IMG/VR virus record: IMGVR_UViG_3300025018_000091
Source of the DNA: a virus
Lineage: Duplodnaviria > Caudoviricetes
DNA length: 64,000 bases
Strand: one strand, 5' to 3'
The notes beneath the pieces are model-generated. The model saw nothing but the letters and a program-made list of their open reading frames with translations. It was not told where the DNA came from and did no database searches. Below are positions 15,861 to 25,858 of the stretch, piece by piece. Numbering within the stretch: position 1 is the first letter of the stretch; the number at the start of each line of letters is the position of its first letter. The position numbers were made by a program, and so were the translations under genes.

Positions 15861-16186
15861 ACCCAAATAGGGGTCAAATTACTAAATCCATACTCTCCTT
15901 CCCCCTTCAACCCTAAATCCACATATCATAACATACTCTAATGTATTCTATAGTCATTCATAATACCTAATTTGAACTTCTGAAAGAGCCCCTAATAGGG
16001 TTATAGCAATATTATAAACACCCATAACCACTCTTTACCACTATTTGACACTCCAAACCACCCAATTTGAATTTCTAATTTCTTTCTATCTTCTTATCGC
16101 ATTATATTGGCTGTTTTTTGAGGCGATATATGTATGGTCAAAAAATAGGATATATAATAAGGCGGTATATATGGGAGGAGAGGCAA

Positions 16187-16834
16187 ATGAGAAAAGTGAT
16201 ATCTATATTAATGATGGTGATTGTAGTTTTATTTGTATCAGTGATGAGGGGATGCAAGTGTGAGGATAGTAATGAGGTTACGTATCATTATTTGACACAG
16301 GAGAGGGTAGATGTAGAGACAAAGGTAATGAAGGTATATACAGATTTATTCTTTACGGATATGGAGAGGCATATAATATGGAGGGCGATGGACAGGTGGA
16401 ATTTAGTAATGAATGGATATGTAAGAATGGAGGATGCAGGTGGATTTACGATGGAGATAGAGAAGATAAAGGAAGCTGAGGCAGGGGGAGCATATATAGT
16501 GATGAGATTAGGAGTAATGAGTCCATTAATAAAGAATGAGCCAGGGACAATGACATTAGGATTTACGGATGAGATAGGAGGGAAGTATTTATATTTGGTA
16601 CCTGACTATATAGGGGAGGAGAATTTATATGGGGTAGTATTACATGAGTTTGGACATTTAATGGGTGCTAGGCATACGAAGAATGGATTAATGAGGTTGG
16701 GATATAGTATAGGTAAGGAAGTATGTATAGATAAGGAGACAGTGGAGCAGATAGAGGGATATGATTGGAGGAGGATGAATTATTGTGTAAGGGATAATGC
16801 GGACAAGTTATTTGAGATAGAATTTAGTCCATAA
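16187..16834 (+). CDS. matrixin-like (metzincin) zinc metalloprotease, exported or lipoprotein
   Basis: HEFGHLMGARH matches HExxHxxGxxH, followed by GLM Met-turn; hydrophobic N-terminus ending MRGC; GGAGG RBS. Confidence 0.85.
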   Translation: MRKVISILMMVIVVLFVSVMRGCKCEDSNEVTYHYLTQERVDVETKVMKVYTDLFFTDMERHIIWRAMDRWNLVMNGYVRMEDAGGFTMEIEKIKEAEAGGAYIVMRLGVMSPLIKNEPGTMTLGFTDEIGGKYLYLVPDYIGEENLYGVVLHEFGHLMGARHTKNGLMRLGYSIGKEVCIDKETVEQIEGYDWRRMNYCVRDNADKLFEIEFSP

Positions 16835-16871
16835 GAAGCGGTGGGTTGGGATAGAGTATGTTGATTTTAAA

Positions 16872-17768
16872 TTAACCTTGGAATGGCCAAGGGAGGCAGA
16901 TATAATTATTTAGTCCCCATACGATATAGGATCTGGTAGCGGTAGTGATAGTGCTTTTAGCGGCTCTGGAGGTACCCATCCATTGAGCGACAGTACTGAA
17001 ACCTTTCCAACCATTAGCGGTTGGTTGGGTATTATTTCTGGCATGTGGTACAGGTGATATAGAATCTTTACTAGAGTAGGGATTAACGGACAGACCTATA
17101 GGAAAAGCGTCGCCACCGGAGGATGAAGCGATAATAGAACCTGGTATAGAACCCCAGAAGGATCCTGTCCAACCTTTTGAGGTTTCATTAGTTGCTAAGT
17201 CACCTTCTTCTGCCAATCTATATACATTATAAGCAAATACGGTAGCGCAGATATAAGGGTCTGGATCATCTGGATGATAGGTACCTTCAGCCATTGGATC
17301 ATATATGATTAGACCTCCGGCATCAGTATTTTGCCAACCGAACAGGACCCAACCATAAGGGGCGGCGTCATCTACGCAAGAGTGCCAGACGGAGCTACCG
17401 CTAATAAAGAGGTCGGAGGCGTCGGTACATAGGTATTTTTCATCTGTAGCGGTAGCTCTAGCGGAGGAAGTACCTCCTGTGAACAGGGCGCCTTTAGAAT
17501 ACAATACATCCCATCTATCAGTAGTTGATGTACCACCCATGGAGAAGCACCATTCAGCGCCATCGTCGGGTCGTCTGAGTACCATCCAAGAGTTAGCATT
17601 AGTGAGACTAGCAACAGAGGAGATATTATCGCCATCACCACCTGTAGTTCCGTTACCGGATCTTGGTACAGACCAGCCACAGGATACGAGTAGGACTTTA
17701 TGACCATAGAGCCATTCAGCGCCGCTGTTACTACTTATAGAGTTATTTACATCAAATTGCCAAGTCAT
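16872..17768 (-). CDS. putative virion structural protein; paralog of 61233-62189
   Basis: Shared TWQ(F/Y)DVN start, W.V..S...DG.D...(S/R)W.VL segment and C-terminal ..PW. Confidence 0.65.
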   Translation of the reverse strand: MTWQFDVNNSISSNSGAEWLYGHKVLLVSCGWSVPRSGNGTTGGDGDNISSVASLTNANSWMVLRRPDDGAEWCFSMGGTSTTDRWDVLYSKGALFTGGTSSARATATDEKYLCTDASDLFISGSSVWHSCVDDAAPYGWVLFGWQNTDAGGLIIYDPMAEGTYHPDDPDPYICATVFAYNVYRLAEEGDLATNETSKGWTGSFWGSIPGSIIASSSGGDAFPIGLSVNPYSSKDSISPVPHARNNTQPTANGWKGFSTVAQWMGTSRAAKSTITTATRSYIVWGLNNYICLPWPFQG

Positions 17769-17801
17769 GAAGATATACCTTTTTATGATATATAACTTAG
17801 T

Positions 17802-18161
17802 TTATAGGAAGGTTAATATAGTTTTAAGTTTATCTGGAGCGGAAGAGGGGGTAATATTGATGGCGGAATTGAGTTTAGTAATGATATTGATTACATATTT
17901 TTCATTATTTTTAAATTTACTGATAGTGGTAGAATTTTCTAGGTGGTCTACGAGAATTTCGTAGCGGGAGTTATCCAAGTGGACTTTAAAGGAGATGAAG
18001 TTTTGAGGGATTTCTGTATCTTTTGGGTCATCGTTATCGAATTTTATTAATTTAGAATTAACTAAGATATAATCGCAGTGAGTACATTCCAGGGGATTTT
18101 CATAGAATTGGTTTAAGAATTCGAATTTAGTCAGGGTATTATTACAATAAAGGCAAATCAT
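17802..18161 (-). CDS. CxxC / FS-tail family protein
   Basis: MICLYC...KLKTILTFL*. Confidence 0.85.
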   Translation of the reverse strand: MICLYCNNTLTKFEFLNQFYENPLECTHCDYILVNSKLIKFDNDDPKDTEIPQNFISFKVHLDNSRYEILVDHLENSTTISKFKNNEKYVINIITKLNSAINITPSSAPDKLKTILTFL

Positions 18162-18505
18162 GAGAATGTGAGTATAGTTTTGAATTTACTATGAAAGTTA
18201 GATGGATTGAGATTGAATGTGGGGATTTCCATAATGGGGTAATGGTTATTATTGTAGAAAACGATTAATTTTGATTCTATAAAGATAATTGAGTAATAGT
18301 CATTTTTATTTGGGGTTAGGCAGATCCAGTTTAATTTATTATCATTATCTGGGAAGCAATAAGTGATTATGAAATTATTATTACAGGGATCGCATGTTCT
18401 GAGGTATGAAGATATTGATTTTGTTGGTTTATTGCAGAATTTACAATTTAGTGGTGGTGGGATACTTTGATTATTAATATCTTCAATTAATTGTTTTTTT
18501 GCCAA
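18158..18505 (-). CDS. CxxC / FS-tail family protein
   Basis: CKFC...KFKTILTFS*. Confidence 0.85.
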   Translation of the reverse strand: MAKKQLIEDINNQSIPPPLNCKFCNKPTKSISSYLRTCDPCNNNFIITYCFPDNDNKLNWICLTPNKNDYYSIIFIESKLIVFYNNNHYPIMEIPTFNLNPSNFHSKFKTILTFS

Positions 18506-18519
18506 TGTACTATAATCCT

Positions 18520-18891
18520 TTATGAGAAAATCACATAAGTTTTTAGTTTGCGGAAGAAGTTATTTGGAGTAATATCTAATATTCCTTTAACTTTAAAAAT
18601 AGATTCATAAATGGGTAGTGGTTTAGTGAAGCAGAGTAGTTCAGTATAATCGAGGTCATAGTTTATCATAAAGAAGTAGAATTTTTCAGCATTATCATTA
18701 AATCTATTGGGGTCGCAGATAGAGATAGAGATATATTGGATATCATCATTTTCTGGATATTGCCATTCATAGTAGACAGGTATTGGGCATTTGTGGCACC
18801 AGCCGATACTCATATTTAGATCTGGATGATTATTTTCATAAGTTGGATCTAAATCTGTGTTTACTTTATTGTGACAAAATTTACAATTCAT
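18520..18891 (-). CDS. CxxC / FS-tail family protein
   Basis: CKFC...KLKTYVIFS*. Confidence 0.85.
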   Translation of the reverse strand: MNCKFCHNKVNTDLDPTYENNHPDLNMSIGWCHKCPIPVYYEWQYPENDDIQYISISICDPNRFNDNAEKFYFFMINYDLDYTELLCFTKPLPIYESIFKVKGILDITPNNFFRKLKTYVIFS

Positions 18892-19232
18892 GAGAATAAT
18901 ATATATAATTTAACTGAATCAAAATTAGTGGGAGTTACTGGTAATCTTTTAGGGATTACGATTTGGGTTGCTGGGACATCGCTCATTGTAATAAATGTTT
19001 GAGTATTTGTTAGATGTACGATAACGATAGCTGATTTTCTTTTAAAGGTTAATTGTGTACTTTCTAGGGACCAACCGTTAGGTTTATCATTATCATCCAG
19101 ATGTCTAATAAATCTAAATATTGCATTACATTTAAAGCATTGGGATATTTGGAGATTTATTAAGTCTCCGGAGAACAAATAATTAATTGATTTTAGATCT
19201 GAATCACAATAGAGGCATTTTTTACAATTCAT
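18888..19232 (-). CDS. CxxC / FS-tail family protein
   Basis: CLYC...SVKLYILFS*. Confidence 0.85.
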   Translation of the reverse strand: MNCKKCLYCDSDLKSINYLFSGDLINLQISQCFKCNAIFRFIRHLDDNDKPNGWSLESTQLTFKRKSAIVIVHLTNTQTFITMSDVPATQIVIPKRLPVTPTNFDSVKLYILFS

Positions 19233-19693
19233 GAGAATACGATTAATTTTCTTAATTTATGAAATATATAGGTAGCTTGTTCATGCATATCGTTATTAGT
19301 TGATAAGGGAATGAATGGTACTTGTATTAAGGGGGGGTCAATAAAGTTTGATAGTAATTGTGTAAACTTTTCTTTTTTAGAATACTGTAAGCTAAACTTA
19401 CCCATATCATTTTGAAATAGCATAGGAGTTGATGGGGTAGCTTTAAGGATATATAGTTTATCTTTATGGATGAATTTTAGATTATAGTGGTCACAGATCC
19501 ATTCTTGATTAGAGTATGATGGAGGGACAATGACGCCGAAGTGACATCCACCAGTTGGGCATCTATCGCGACCATGCATATAGTCATAATTGACGCAATA
19601 AAGGTTCATACGATAGGAATCTGGGTTAACGTGGTTAACGTGATGGCGTTCATCGCGATTTTCCATTGTTGATAAGCAAGCTGGACATTTCAT
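19229..19693 (-). CDS. CxxC / FS-tail family protein
   Basis: CPAC...KLRKLIVFS*. Confidence 0.85.
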   Translation of the reverse strand: MKCPACLSTMENRDERHHVNHVNPDSYRMNLYCVNYDYMHGRDRCPTGGCHFGVIVPPSYSNQEWICDHYNLKFIHKDKLYILKATPSTPMLFQNDMGKFSLQYSKKEKFTQLLSNFIDPPLIQVPFIPLSTNNDMHEQATYIFHKLRKLIVFS

Positions 19694-20055
19694 GAGAATA
19701 ACAATATAGTTTTGATTTTATTTGTTAAGTTCTGGGGAGTTACATAAATTATGTATGGAAAACTATTTACATTACTAGAGTTTCGCATAAATTGCATAAA
19801 CTTTTTATTTGAATAAGTTATTGTACTAATTGTACTTTTTCTAATTTCTGATTTATTATTTCTTAAATCTAATCTAAAATGATATGGACTATAGTTATGT
19901 AATGTTATATCGTTGATAGTTCCTCTATAAGCCCAATATCTAACATTACATATATTACATGTATAAACTTTGTGATTATAATCATAAGTATAATTAGTAA
20001 TATTACCATAAGTATATGGTTTAAGAGTTTTTCTGTTGCAATATTTACAAATCAT
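19690..20055 (-). CDS. CxxC / FS-tail family protein
   Basis: CKYC...KIKTILLFS*. Confidence 0.85.
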   Translation of the reverse strand: MICKYCNRKTLKPYTYGNITNYTYDYNHKVYTCNICNVRYWAYRGTINDITLHNYSPYHFRLDLRNNKSEIRKSTISTITYSNKKFMQFMRNSSNVNSFPYIIYVTPQNLTNKIKTILLFS

Positions 20056-20399
20056 GAGAATAACATATATAGTTTTACTTTTTGCGTTGCATTTTGTGGA
20101 GTGATATTTATTATTGAATTAAATGTTTTTTCAAATTTCTTTGTACCGATTCGATTCGAATCGATTTTATTGTAATTTACTTTTCCATAGTGAGTGCCTG
20201 TAATTTTTGTAGCATTGATAGCATGATATAAACTAATACCAAAATAATATTCATTTAAATAGAACCCAAAAGAAGTTTCTATTAAGTTATTATTTTTAAA
20301 ATAGAAACCACAATTACAATTTGGGCAAAACTTTTCATTGTTTTCAATATAAGATTGTAGTTCTATTAGATATGAGTCACAATATTTGCATTTAATCAT
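20052..20399 (-). CDS. CxxC / FS-tail family protein
   Basis: CKYC...KVKLYMLFS*. Confidence 0.85.
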   Translation of the reverse strand: MIKCKYCDSYLIELQSYIENNEKFCPNCNCGFYFKNNNLIETSFGFYLNEYYFGISLYHAINATKITGTHYGKVNYNKIDSNRIGTKKFEKTFNSIINITPQNATQKVKLYMLFS

Positions 20400-20740
20400 G
20401 AGAATAACAATATTGTTTTTAATTTAGATTTTGAGTTATTAATATCCATCTTAACAATATGATTAAGTGTTAGTATTCTTTTCCAAACGGTTGTATGATT
20501 TTTATTCTTCATTTTTCTTTCAAAATCAGGGAAACTGGGACCGCTTATATATGTTTTATCGTTCTTATAGTCTATAGTTAGAAAATATAATAATTTATTT
20601 AATTCTACATTGATATCGATTTCCAAGATATTATTATTACAATATAAGATGCTGGTCGAGCAAATTTCACATGAAATCATTCCAATATTATCATCATTAA
20701 CCAGATCGGCAATCAAGTTAGTACAATAAGGACAAATCAT
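20396..20740 (-). CDS. CxxC / FS-tail family protein
   Basis: CPYC...KLKTILLFS*. Confidence 0.85.
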   Translation of the reverse strand: MICPYCTNLIADLVNDDNIGMISCEICSTSILYCNNNILEIDINVELNKLLYFLTIDYKNDKTYISGPSFPDFERKMKNKNHTTVWKRILTLNHIVKMDINNSKSKLKTILLFS

Positions 20741-21105
20741 AAGAATACTACCAAAGTTTTAATTTTATTCAAAAGCTTTTCTTCTTCCATAGGTTGGATT
20801 GGTGGGCAAGTGAATATTGTTTTAAATAGCCACCGACCAGTTTTATATGCTTTACTGGCATGAGGGTGGTCTGGTGGTATATGTATGGCAACTTTTGTTT
20901 CTTTTTTATTTGTTCTAACTCTATAAGGAGGGACAATCATATCGACATGTTCTTCAACAATGGAGAAATGAAATTTTCTTTTACTGGCTTGGAATTTTAT
21001 ATATTTAGGACACCAATAGTAACCATCATATCCTTTGAGGGTTTTGCCGCACAAAGGACATGTCATTGTAATCTTTTCTTTAGTTTTATATCTTTTACGT
21101 TTCAA
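20737..21105 (-). CDS. CxxC / FS-tail family protein
   Basis: CPLC...KIKTLVVFL*. Confidence 0.85.
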   Translation of the reverse strand: MKRKRYKTKEKITMTCPLCGKTLKGYDGYYWCPKYIKFQASKRKFHFSIVEEHVDMIVPPYRVRTNKKETKVAIHIPPDHPHASKAYKTGRWLFKTIFTCPPIQPMEEEKLLNKIKTLVVFL

Positions 21106-21452
21106 GAGAACACCGTGTACAATTTTAATTTATTTTTTATTAAATATTCAGCTTCATATGGAGAAAAGAACTTTAAATGATTAAGTGTTAGTATTATCTT
21201 CCATTTAGATTTAGGAAATACGGGATGACGCAGTTTGCTAACAATAGTTTTATTTTCTTCTATACGCTGAGTTATTCTATAACGATAATCACCAACTACT
21301 ATACTTAATCTAGATTCTGTAAGAATTGCCTCTTTTGTTCCTGGTTTAATTAAACAATACCAAGTATTACAATGCGGGCAATGCATTGATCTAGTTGTGT
21401 GTGAAATATCAAAATCTTTATTGCAGTTTCTGCAATGAAATAGAATATCCAT
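21102..21452 (-). CDS. CxxC / FS-tail family protein
   Basis: CRNC...KLKLYTVFS*. Confidence 0.85.
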   Translation of the reverse strand: MDILFHCRNCNKDFDISHTTRSMHCPHCNTWYCLIKPGTKEAILTESRLSIVVGDYRYRITQRIEENKTIVSKLRHPVFPKSKWKIILTLNHLKFFSPYEAEYLIKNKLKLYTVFS

Positions 21453-21453
21453 A

Positions 21454-21867
21454 TTAACTGAATGTTATTAGTAATTTAACGTTATTAAAAATTGTATCAA
21501 ATTGAGGTGCCAATGGTTCTTTAAGTTTTAGATTATAGAATTTAGGAATTTCCGTTGTACTGCCAGAATCACATTCATCATATCTAATTTTATATAGAGT
21601 TGTTTTCATTTCTTCTCTATTAGATTGCAAGTAATATGTTTTGCCATTTCGTCTAATGGTGGCAAAATAACTATGCACAATACCTTTTTGTTTAGGTATT
21701 GTGATTATATATAGATCTTCACTTTCATCATTTGAATCAAAAGAATCGTCCTCATCTCGATAGAAACAAGCCCATCTTGTATGATCCTTACGAAAAGAAG
21801 ATGTTTTTATCAGTGGATTGCCGCTCAAATGACACAATATAGGATCCATTCCTGATAATATAATCAT
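21454..21867 (-). CDS. FS-tail family protein (CxxC degenerate)
   Basis: CHLS...NVKLLITFS*. Confidence 0.8.
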   Translation of the reverse strand: MIILSGMDPILCHLSGNPLIKTSSFRKDHTRWACFYRDEDDSFDSNDESEDLYIITIPKQKGIVHSYFATIRRNGKTYYLQSNREEMKTTLYKIRYDECDSGSTTEIPKFYNLKLKEPLAPQFDTIFNNVKLLITFS

Positions 21868-21885
21868 TTAACAGCGCGTGTCAAA

Positions 21886-22263
21886 TTATAAAAATAGCAA
21901 ATATGTTTTTAATTTGTGTTCGATATTATCTGGAGTAATCTTAGGAGTATTATCAACACTTATTAAAGTGTGTTCTAATTCAAACAATGATTCTTCTAGA
22001 TATTCATAAGTTAATTCATCTTCTGCGGCGTTTATATATCTTATTGTACTTCTATTACTTAAATCATTAAATGACCAATTATAAATTTTACCATTAATCT
22101 GTTTATATATAGAATAAAAAGCAAGTTTACCACTTTTGAAGTAAATATATTTTATCATACATTTTTTACAACTTAGGATATCCAATCCTTCACGCTCATA
22201 AAATATGATTTTATGTTCGTTCAAATTAGATTCGCAAAATAAACATTTTTTAGTCTCATTCAT
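21886..22263 (-). CDS. CxxC / FS-tail family protein
   Basis: Start MNETKKCLFC...KLKTYLLFL*. Confidence 0.85.
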   Translation of the reverse strand: MNETKKCLFCESNLNEHKIIFYEREGLDILSCKKCMIKYIYFKSGKLAFYSIYKQINGKIYNWSFNDLSNRSTIRYINAAEDELTYEYLEESLFELEHTLISVDNTPKITPDNIEHKLKTYLLFL

Positions 22264-22294
22264 AATTTTGTATACTACTATCAGGAGAATTACT

Positions 22295-23122
22295 ATGTCA
22301 TTATTTCCAAATATCAACTCACCAGCAAAGTTTTTAACTACTAAATCTTGGATTATAAATAGATTTTTTACCAACTATGGTTACATTGAAGATGGTTCTG
22401 GCAATGATCTATTATATTCATCCAGTCCAATGGTTACTACTCCAATTAGAAATACATCTTCATTAAAGAATTGGTTTAAGCCAATTAGTAATCAATATCA
22501 TATTGGTTCTTGTGTAGCTAATGCGGCAGCTGATTCATTTGAAGCGATGTTAGCTAGAAGAAAAAACTGTGATCCATCATTAATTGAAGATCTATCTAGA
22601 TTGTTTATTTATTGGAATGCTAGAAATTTAGCTAATCCACCTATTTATAATGTAGATAAGGGTTCGAGTATAAGATTAGCATTTGATAGTATAGCAAGAT
22701 ATGGTGTTCCTAGTGAGAAAACATATCCTTACATTTTTAGTAAGGTAAACGATAGACCAACTATATTATCTTATCGTGAAGCTATTAAAAATAGGATAAG
22801 TAAATTCTATAGAATAGATGGTAAGGGTGATGTAAGGATATTACAGATAATGCAAGCATTATCGGCGGGATATCCTGTTGTATTTGGAACTAAAGTTACT
22901 GAAAGTTTTAAACAAGTAAAGAGTGATGCTATTGTTTTTTATCCAAATGGAGGATGGATAGGTGGTCATGCTATGGTTATAGTAGGATGGTCAGAATCTA
23001 AACAAGCATTTGAAGTAAGAAACTCTTGGGGCGAAGATTGGGGAGTTAAAGGATATTGCTGGATGGATAAAGGCTATATTACGGCAAGTGTAACTGCAGA
23101 CATTTGGGTTCCAACAGTTTAA
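22295..23122 (+). CDS. papain-like cysteine protease (peptidase C1)
   Basis: QYHIGSCVANA (Gln/Cys), GGHAMVIVGW (His), NSWGEDWGVKGY (Asn); AGGAG RBS. Confidence 0.92.
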   Translation: MSLFPNINSPAKFLTTKSWIINRFFTNYGYIEDGSGNDLLYSSSPMVTTPIRNTSSLKNWFKPISNQYHIGSCVANAAADSFEAMLARRKNCDPSLIEDLSRLFIYWNARNLANPPIYNVDKGSSIRLAFDSIARYGVPSEKTYPYIFSKVNDRPTILSYREAIKNRISKFYRIDGKGDVRILQIMQALSAGYPVVFGTKVTESFKQVKSDAIVFYPNGGWIGGHAMVIVGWSESKQAFEVRNSWGEDWGVKGYCWMDKGYITASVTADIWVPTV

Positions 23123-23131
23123 GGAGAAGTT

Positions 23132-23485
23132 ATGAAGCTACTAAATATTATGGTTATTCTTTTGAGTTTGGTTGGATGCGCTCATTGTGGACCAAAAGAT
23201 GAGCCCAATATTCGTACACAACCTGGTATTGAATATTGTGGAGCTATGTGTCAAATCTTTACAGACAAACAATGTACTGGATACTATGAAGATATTGAGA
23301 TTAATTGTTTTTCAGACCCAGCATATATGGATATGAAACAATGTGAAGCTACAGAAGATGGTATGGCTGTTTTAACTTGTACAGAATTTTGTGAATATCA
23401 AATGAAGAATTCAGTTCAACTTAATCCTCAATGCTTATCTGAAAACTTATTAGTATGTTCAGAGATAGAAGAGATATGTCAATAA
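23132..23485 (+). CDS. Cys-rich putative lipoprotein
   Basis: Signal peptide with LVGC lipobox, many Cys; AGGAG RBS. Confidence 0.7.
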   Translation: MKLLNIMVILLSLVGCAHCGPKDEPNIRTQPGIEYCGAMCQIFTDKQCTGYYEDIEINCFSDPAYMDMKQCEATEDGMAVLTCTEFCEYQMKNSVQLNPQCLSENLLVCSEIEEICQ

Positions 23486-23914
23486 TCAAGAGAATAGAAG
23501 TAACAACTTAATCTTATTTTTTATTTTATCTGGCAATTGGTGATGGTTATCCCAAGGGATATTTACTACGCCATCAATTGCCAATATTCTATTGTAGATA
23601 AAAGAATTTGCTTTATCTTTAGTTTTAATCATTCTACCTTGAGGAGATGGTTTATAACTATAAATAGCTGGTCTTTTTTCAATTTTATATACTTGTGTTT
23701 TCTTTTGAAGATAGTTGATATGTATTTTATATGGCAAAGAAATAACTGTTGCGTCCTGAAGTTTACCTAAATTATAAACAATATACGTAGCATGAGTCAT
23801 TGGAATCATTGAATTATATTCTGGAACTGGTTCTCTTTTATCGGGGCATGACCATATAGTATTACTATATGATGGTCGCATTTCCTTATTACATATGGGG
23901 CATTGAAAATTCAT
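23486..23914 (-). CDS. CxxC / FS-tail family protein
   Basis: CPIC...KIKLLLLFS*. Confidence 0.85.
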   Translation of the reverse strand: MNFQCPICNKEMRPSYSNTIWSCPDKREPVPEYNSMIPMTHATYIVYNLGKLQDATVISLPYKIHINYLQKKTQVYKIEKRPAIYSYKPSPQGRMIKTKDKANSFIYNRILAIDGVVNIPWDNHHQLPDKIKNKIKLLLLFS

Positions 23915-23924
23915 TTCATTTAAC

Positions 23925-24266
23925 TCAGGAGAATAATATTATTGTTTTGATTTTATTGTCAATATATTCATCAGTGACATTTACCAGATTTATTGCTTTA
24001 TATATATTGCATATTTCTATTCCAGTAAGATTTTCAGATATAATAGTTTTATTATAACAGTAACTTATATTTACTATATATTCTTTTGTTTCTATACATA
24101 TTCCTTCTATTTCTTCATCATCTCCTGATGGGGTACATTTATAGCTAAAAGAAAATTTATGACAGTCATTGCAGAACTTATTGAAGTAGAATCTTTTATT
24201 TTCTTCATTACCAGTTTGGAGTTTGCTCCAATTATTGGAATGGCATCTTGGGCATTCGTTATACAT
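23925..24266 (-). CDS. CxxC / FS-tail family protein
   Basis: CPRC...KIKTIILFS*. Confidence 0.85.
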   Translation of the reverse strand: MYNECPRCHSNNWSKLQTGNEENKRFYFNKFCNDCHKFSFSYKCTPSGDDEEIEGICIETKEYIVNISYCYNKTIISENLTGIEICNIYKAINLVNVTDEYIDNKIKTIILFS

Positions 24267-24273
24267 AATAAAC

Positions 24274-24651
24274 TCAAATGAATAGTGAATAAATTTTAAT
24301 CTTTTTCTTTATATCTTCCACATTATCTTCAACTAAAAATAGTGGATTAGTAATTTGGGCTATTTGTCTAGAGTAATAAGTTGCGGAATTACTATATTTT
24401 TCATTTAGATAAACTTCTGTTTGTTCTTTTGTTGACCAAATCATTATTGGAGGAATAAAATAGTGAAATAGGACTTCTCCACTCTTATATCTTATAAACT
24501 CATAGTGAGAGTATCCAACATTATCTACTCTATAATAATTATCTTTTTCTCTGCAAAAATAGATTTTACAAACTGAGTTATTAGTTTCATTCATATATGA
24601 ATTGCATATTGGGCATTTCATATAATCTACTGTTTCGTCTGGATATTTCAT
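24274..24651 (-). CDS. CxxC / FS-tail family protein
   Basis: CPIC...KIKIYSLFI*. Confidence 0.85.
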   Translation of the reverse strand: MKYPDETVDYMKCPICNSYMNETNNSVCKIYFCREKDNYYRVDNVGYSHYEFIRYKSGEVLFHYFIPPIMIWSTKEQTEVYLNEKYSNSATYYSRQIAQITNPLFLVEDNVEDIKKKIKIYSLFI

Positions 24652-25043
24652 AGGAATAAAGCTAAAGTCTTTATTTTGTTATGTGCTTTTGTTAGATCTG
24701 GAAAGTCCCAAATGATTAATCTATTCTTAAGAAGAATCTTTTCTGTAGATTTTTCTAAAGAGTAATATTCTAAAGAGGTTGAGTGAGATACATAGTTAAC
24801 AATTATAGAATAACTTTTACCTGAGAAATCTACTTTTTCGTATAGTAAATCTCCATATAGTGATGCTACTTGAAAATATAAATGAGTTGGTAGATTTTTG
24901 CCAATATCAGCAATATCAGAATGATTACATATCGATTCTACAAATGAGAAATTCTTTTCATTTAAGACCACACATGGTTTTCTAATATATGTAGAATATA
25001 TTAAATCTTTTTTGCAAACTGGACAAACTTCATATGTTTTCAT
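24648..25043 (-). CDS. CxxC / FS-tail family protein
   Basis: CPVC...KIKTLALFL*. Confidence 0.85.
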   Translation of the reverse strand: MKTYEVCPVCKKDLIYSTYIRKPCVVLNEKNFSFVESICNHSDIADIGKNLPTHLYFQVASLYGDLLYEKVDFSGKSYSIIVNYVSHSTSLEYYSLEKSTEKILLKNRLIIWDFPDLTKAHNKIKTLALFL

Positions 25044-25409
25044 TTAACTAAACGTTATAAATAACGATACTTTCTCTTTTAGTTTCTTAAGTTCTGGAAA
25101 ATCTGGTTCAATTAATTTGGGAACTTGGATATTCATATTACATTTACTATTTACTAACAACACAATCCTTGACTTCTTATTATAGAAGTCGAGGAATATA
25201 AATCGGCTATAATCTGGCACTAAAGATATTTTAAGTAAATCTACTTCATTGGTAGATTCATCTACATATATTTGTAATGAATGATTTGTGCCATTACATG
25301 TTCGTTCACTATAGCTAGATGATTTGCCGACAAATAATAGAAATTTATTGTATCTCCTAATTCCTGTCATTAAATCACCGCAAATAGGGCAATGCCAAGT
25401 CTCCTGCAT
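25044..25409 (-). CDS. CxxC / FS-tail family protein
   Basis: CPIC...KVSLFITFS*. Confidence 0.85.
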   Translation of the reverse strand: MQETWHCPICGDLMTGIRRYNKFLLFVGKSSSYSERTCNGTNHSLQIYVDESTNEVDLLKISLVPDYSRFIFLDFYNKKSRIVLLVNSKCNMNIQVPKLIEPDFPELKKLKEKVSLFITFS

Positions 25410-25450
25410 ACACTAATATATAACCACCTATAATACAAAAAATTAGGTGA

Positions 25451-25858
25451 TCAAGAAAAAGCTTTTATATTCAGGAGTCTGGTAATTACATTATATGCCG
25501 ATAAAACATCATACCATTCTATAATAGAATTAATTACGCAAATATCATTTGTTACATAATCGGGATCCTTATCTAAGTCTATAAATGGTACTATTTTAGA
25601 TAGATAGGTTAGATTCTTTTTTGTATTATATCCGAGAATGTAATTTTCTTCATCTATTTTCAAAATAATCTGTTCTGATATACATTTTCCTTCTTCATAT
25701 GTGCAGACATACCTTGTGTATGGTCGTAAATCACAACAAGATTCACAAGTATACACATTAGTTGTGCCGACAGATAAATCTAAAAATGTTCTATGAGCCA
25801 TAAATCCGCCACATATCAAACATGCTTTTGATTCTAAGATTTTAGGAGAAGATAACAT
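25451..25858 (-). CDS. CxxC / FS-tail family protein (variant tail)
   Basis: CLIC...RLLNIKAFS*. Confidence 0.8.
   Translation of the reverse strand: MLSSPKILESKACLICGGFMAHRTFLDLSVGTTNVYTCESCCDLRPYTRYVCTYEEGKCISEQIILKIDEENYILGYNTKKNLTYLSKIVPFIDLDKDPDYVTNDICVINSIIEWYDVLSAYNVITRLLNIKAFS

Noticed and set aside
22261-22274. CATAATTTTGTATA as another late-promoter copy
   Set aside because: Its CAT is the reverse complement of the start codon of gene 21886-22263, so the match may be coincidental.
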